NCBI GenBank assembly: GCA_012295275.1
Contig: CM022669.1
Location: forward strand, 17,608,001-17,672,000
DNA from: Chrysomallon squamiferum
Lineage: Eukaryota > Animalia > Mollusca
Length of the DNA: 64,000 nucleotides
Direction: 5' to 3'
Every line of letters starts with the position of its first letter. Positions within the stretch are counted from its first letter, which is position 1. A program made the translations under genes and the position numbers. The notes below the pieces were generated by a model that was not told the DNA's origin, searched no databases, and worked only from the letters and a program-made list of their open reading frames with translations. Of this stretch, positions 61,791 through 64,000 are shown piece after piece.

Positions 61791-63040
61791 AGCACAGCAA
61801 AAACAAGTTTTCAAGGCAACCAAAAATAAAGAAAATATCTGTATTGCTGATAAATTTTAAACTGATTTAGGAAACAATTAGTGGGGAAAATGTCATTATG
61901 AAAAATCCATTAGCAGCTATTTGTTGGGAGTTATTCTGGTGTCTAAGGAAGAATCTCATCTGTTCAGCTGTCTGGTTTATTGATCTCCACGACAACAAGA
62001 TACGTATGGAGGAGGCACTGCCTAATAACTATTGTCTGCAACAAAATGTCTTGTTTCATCACAGGATGGCTGTCCCGTCAGAATATCAATAACAAATCAG
62101 AGACTAGTGTGGTATTGAATTCCCTGAATGTCAAATGTCAAGCATCACCAACTAGTAGGTGTAGTCGTATTGATCTGTAGTGTCAGAGATGTCATTATCT
62201 CTTACAGATGGAGATAAAATAGTAACTAGAGTTGACAGTTTAGACGAGAATTTAAAAAAAAAAAAAAAAATAAAAATTTACTTAACTAAAAAAAAAAAAT
62301 ATTGAAAAAAAAAAAAAAATAATAATAATAATAATAATAATAATCACAATTAAAAGTTAGCTTAGTTACCTGAAAATGGATCAACATAAACTTCAGCTTC
62401 ATTATATTTATATTATTATTTTTTTCAATACCAAAACAAAGTAAAAACATTTTCATGCAGCATGGTTATGATCAACATTCCTCAAATCCATTGTTGACAA
62501 GGAAACATTCTACTAGTTTTATAATTAGATTACCTCATACAGATGTCTCCTGAGTTTATGATAATGATTTTTTTTTATCATTATTATTAAAATTTTCATC
62601 AACATTATTGAGTTATCGGGCTGATTTTGAAGTTATTTGCCCAATTGGGTTCTTACGAGAAGGCTTCCAGATGTGTGCAAGTGCTTGCTTCTGTGGCCTG
62701 CTGGAATTATTGTCATGGCTGTGTGCCAAGCAATTTTGGCTGTTCTTTAGAACTGCCTGGGTCTGAGCAGGTGATGACTGTTACAGTATCTTTCAGACAG
62801 ATGCTTAGATTATGAACAGTGATAATTCTCATCATGCCTACTGTATTGTTTTAGCAGGCCTCTCTGCTAATCGCCGAAAGTCTTCATTTGTTTTCAATTT
62901 ATTTTCATGCTAGTAATCAGGTTTCAGGTTTCAAAGCTGTGTGTGTCTGATGGTCTTGTTTGTTGATGATGGAAGATGATGCTAATTATTTATTTATTAT
63001 ATTCTTAATGTTTTAAATACTGTTTTTGAAACTGAAGGAT

Positions 63041-63075
<35 letters not shown>

Positions 63076-64000
63076 TTAACATATCTTATTTTTATTTAAT
63101 TTATTATTATTATTATTATTATTATTTAAATGTTTTAAGTTTCCATTTAATTTGCTTTGGTTAATGTTTTCATTGTGGGTTTTTTGTGGTAAATACATAC
63201 ATCACAATGTTTAAAACATAATTTGATAGATATACATACTTTTTTTATTTTTTTTTAAAGTTTCATTATTGTTGTTGTTGTTTGTTTTGTCATGTATAAC
63301 TCATGTCATTATACTCAACTTTAAACTAAGCAAGAGAAAAAATGAAATTTTCCATATGATAATTATAATATAATAATAATTATTTTAAAAATCCTTAGAA
63401 ACCTGCTATTGAACCTTTATTGAATTGCAATTAAATGTGTTTTCAGAAGCATCAGTTGCTGTTCAAATTTTTAAAAATAATATATAAATGATGCATTTTT
63501 TTTTTCCAAGAAAACCGAAATTTGGCAGAAAAGCTATAAAAACAAAATTGGAAATAATAATTTAGATCAAAAGGGTATTATTTGTGAGCAGTTTTTTTTT
63601 TTAAATATTTTTTTATACTTCAATAATTGACAGAAATTTAATTTGCTTTAAGCAAATTTAAACATTTGACTAATAAAGCTCACGTGAGTTTGTCACAGTT
63701 AGGTAATGACTAATAATAGATTTATGATTAAGTAATATTGAATTTAAATTAGTGTGAATAAGTTCAAATCGATTTTTTTATGCAGAACTAAAACCCATTA
63801 ATAATTCAGTATATGGTATATTGCAGATTCTAGTTTAATAAATATCCATCTTATTTTATTAAACATGTTATCTAGTTGTTATTTACCCATTATTTTAATA
63901 AGTATTTTCTAATACTGTTTATATTGTTTTAGTATTGATAATCCCCACAGTTTTCCAAGATTTAGTTATCCACAATTGTTTATGTTGTTTATAGTTAATT

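Overview
AT-rich, intron-rich animal genomic DNA, not prokaryotic. It looks molluscan or gastropod from the SINE remnants, but that is inference. Most ORFs in the supplied track are microsatellite artefacts. Two real genes lie head-to-head across a short CpG-enriched promoter at about 30.86-31.17 kb. (1) A complete UBA6 (ubiquitin-like modifier-activating enzyme 6, E1) on the minus strand, assembled by hand as 34 GT-AG coding exons from 30124 to 2167: 3072 nt, 1023 aa, all splice phases consistent, catalytic Cys in PYCTVKSFP. (2) The first coding exon of a MAP1/Futsch-family microtubule-associated protein on the plus strand (31175-31313). I could not find its second exon, so the remaining ~32.7 kb is probably one large first intron. 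The rest is microsatellites, degenerate tandem arrays, local duplications, tRNA-derived SINE remnants and GC-richer enhancer-like islands. I found no CRISPR array, intact transposon or convincing new multi-gene system. Best leads: the UBA6/futsch bidirectional arrangement with a possible shared regulatory block, repeated RFX X-box-like sites, UBA1-like residues in the UBA6 Ubl-specificity pocket, a 33-bp-phased triple CCAAT element in a UBA6 intron, and a duplicated splice donor that could produce an NMD isoform.
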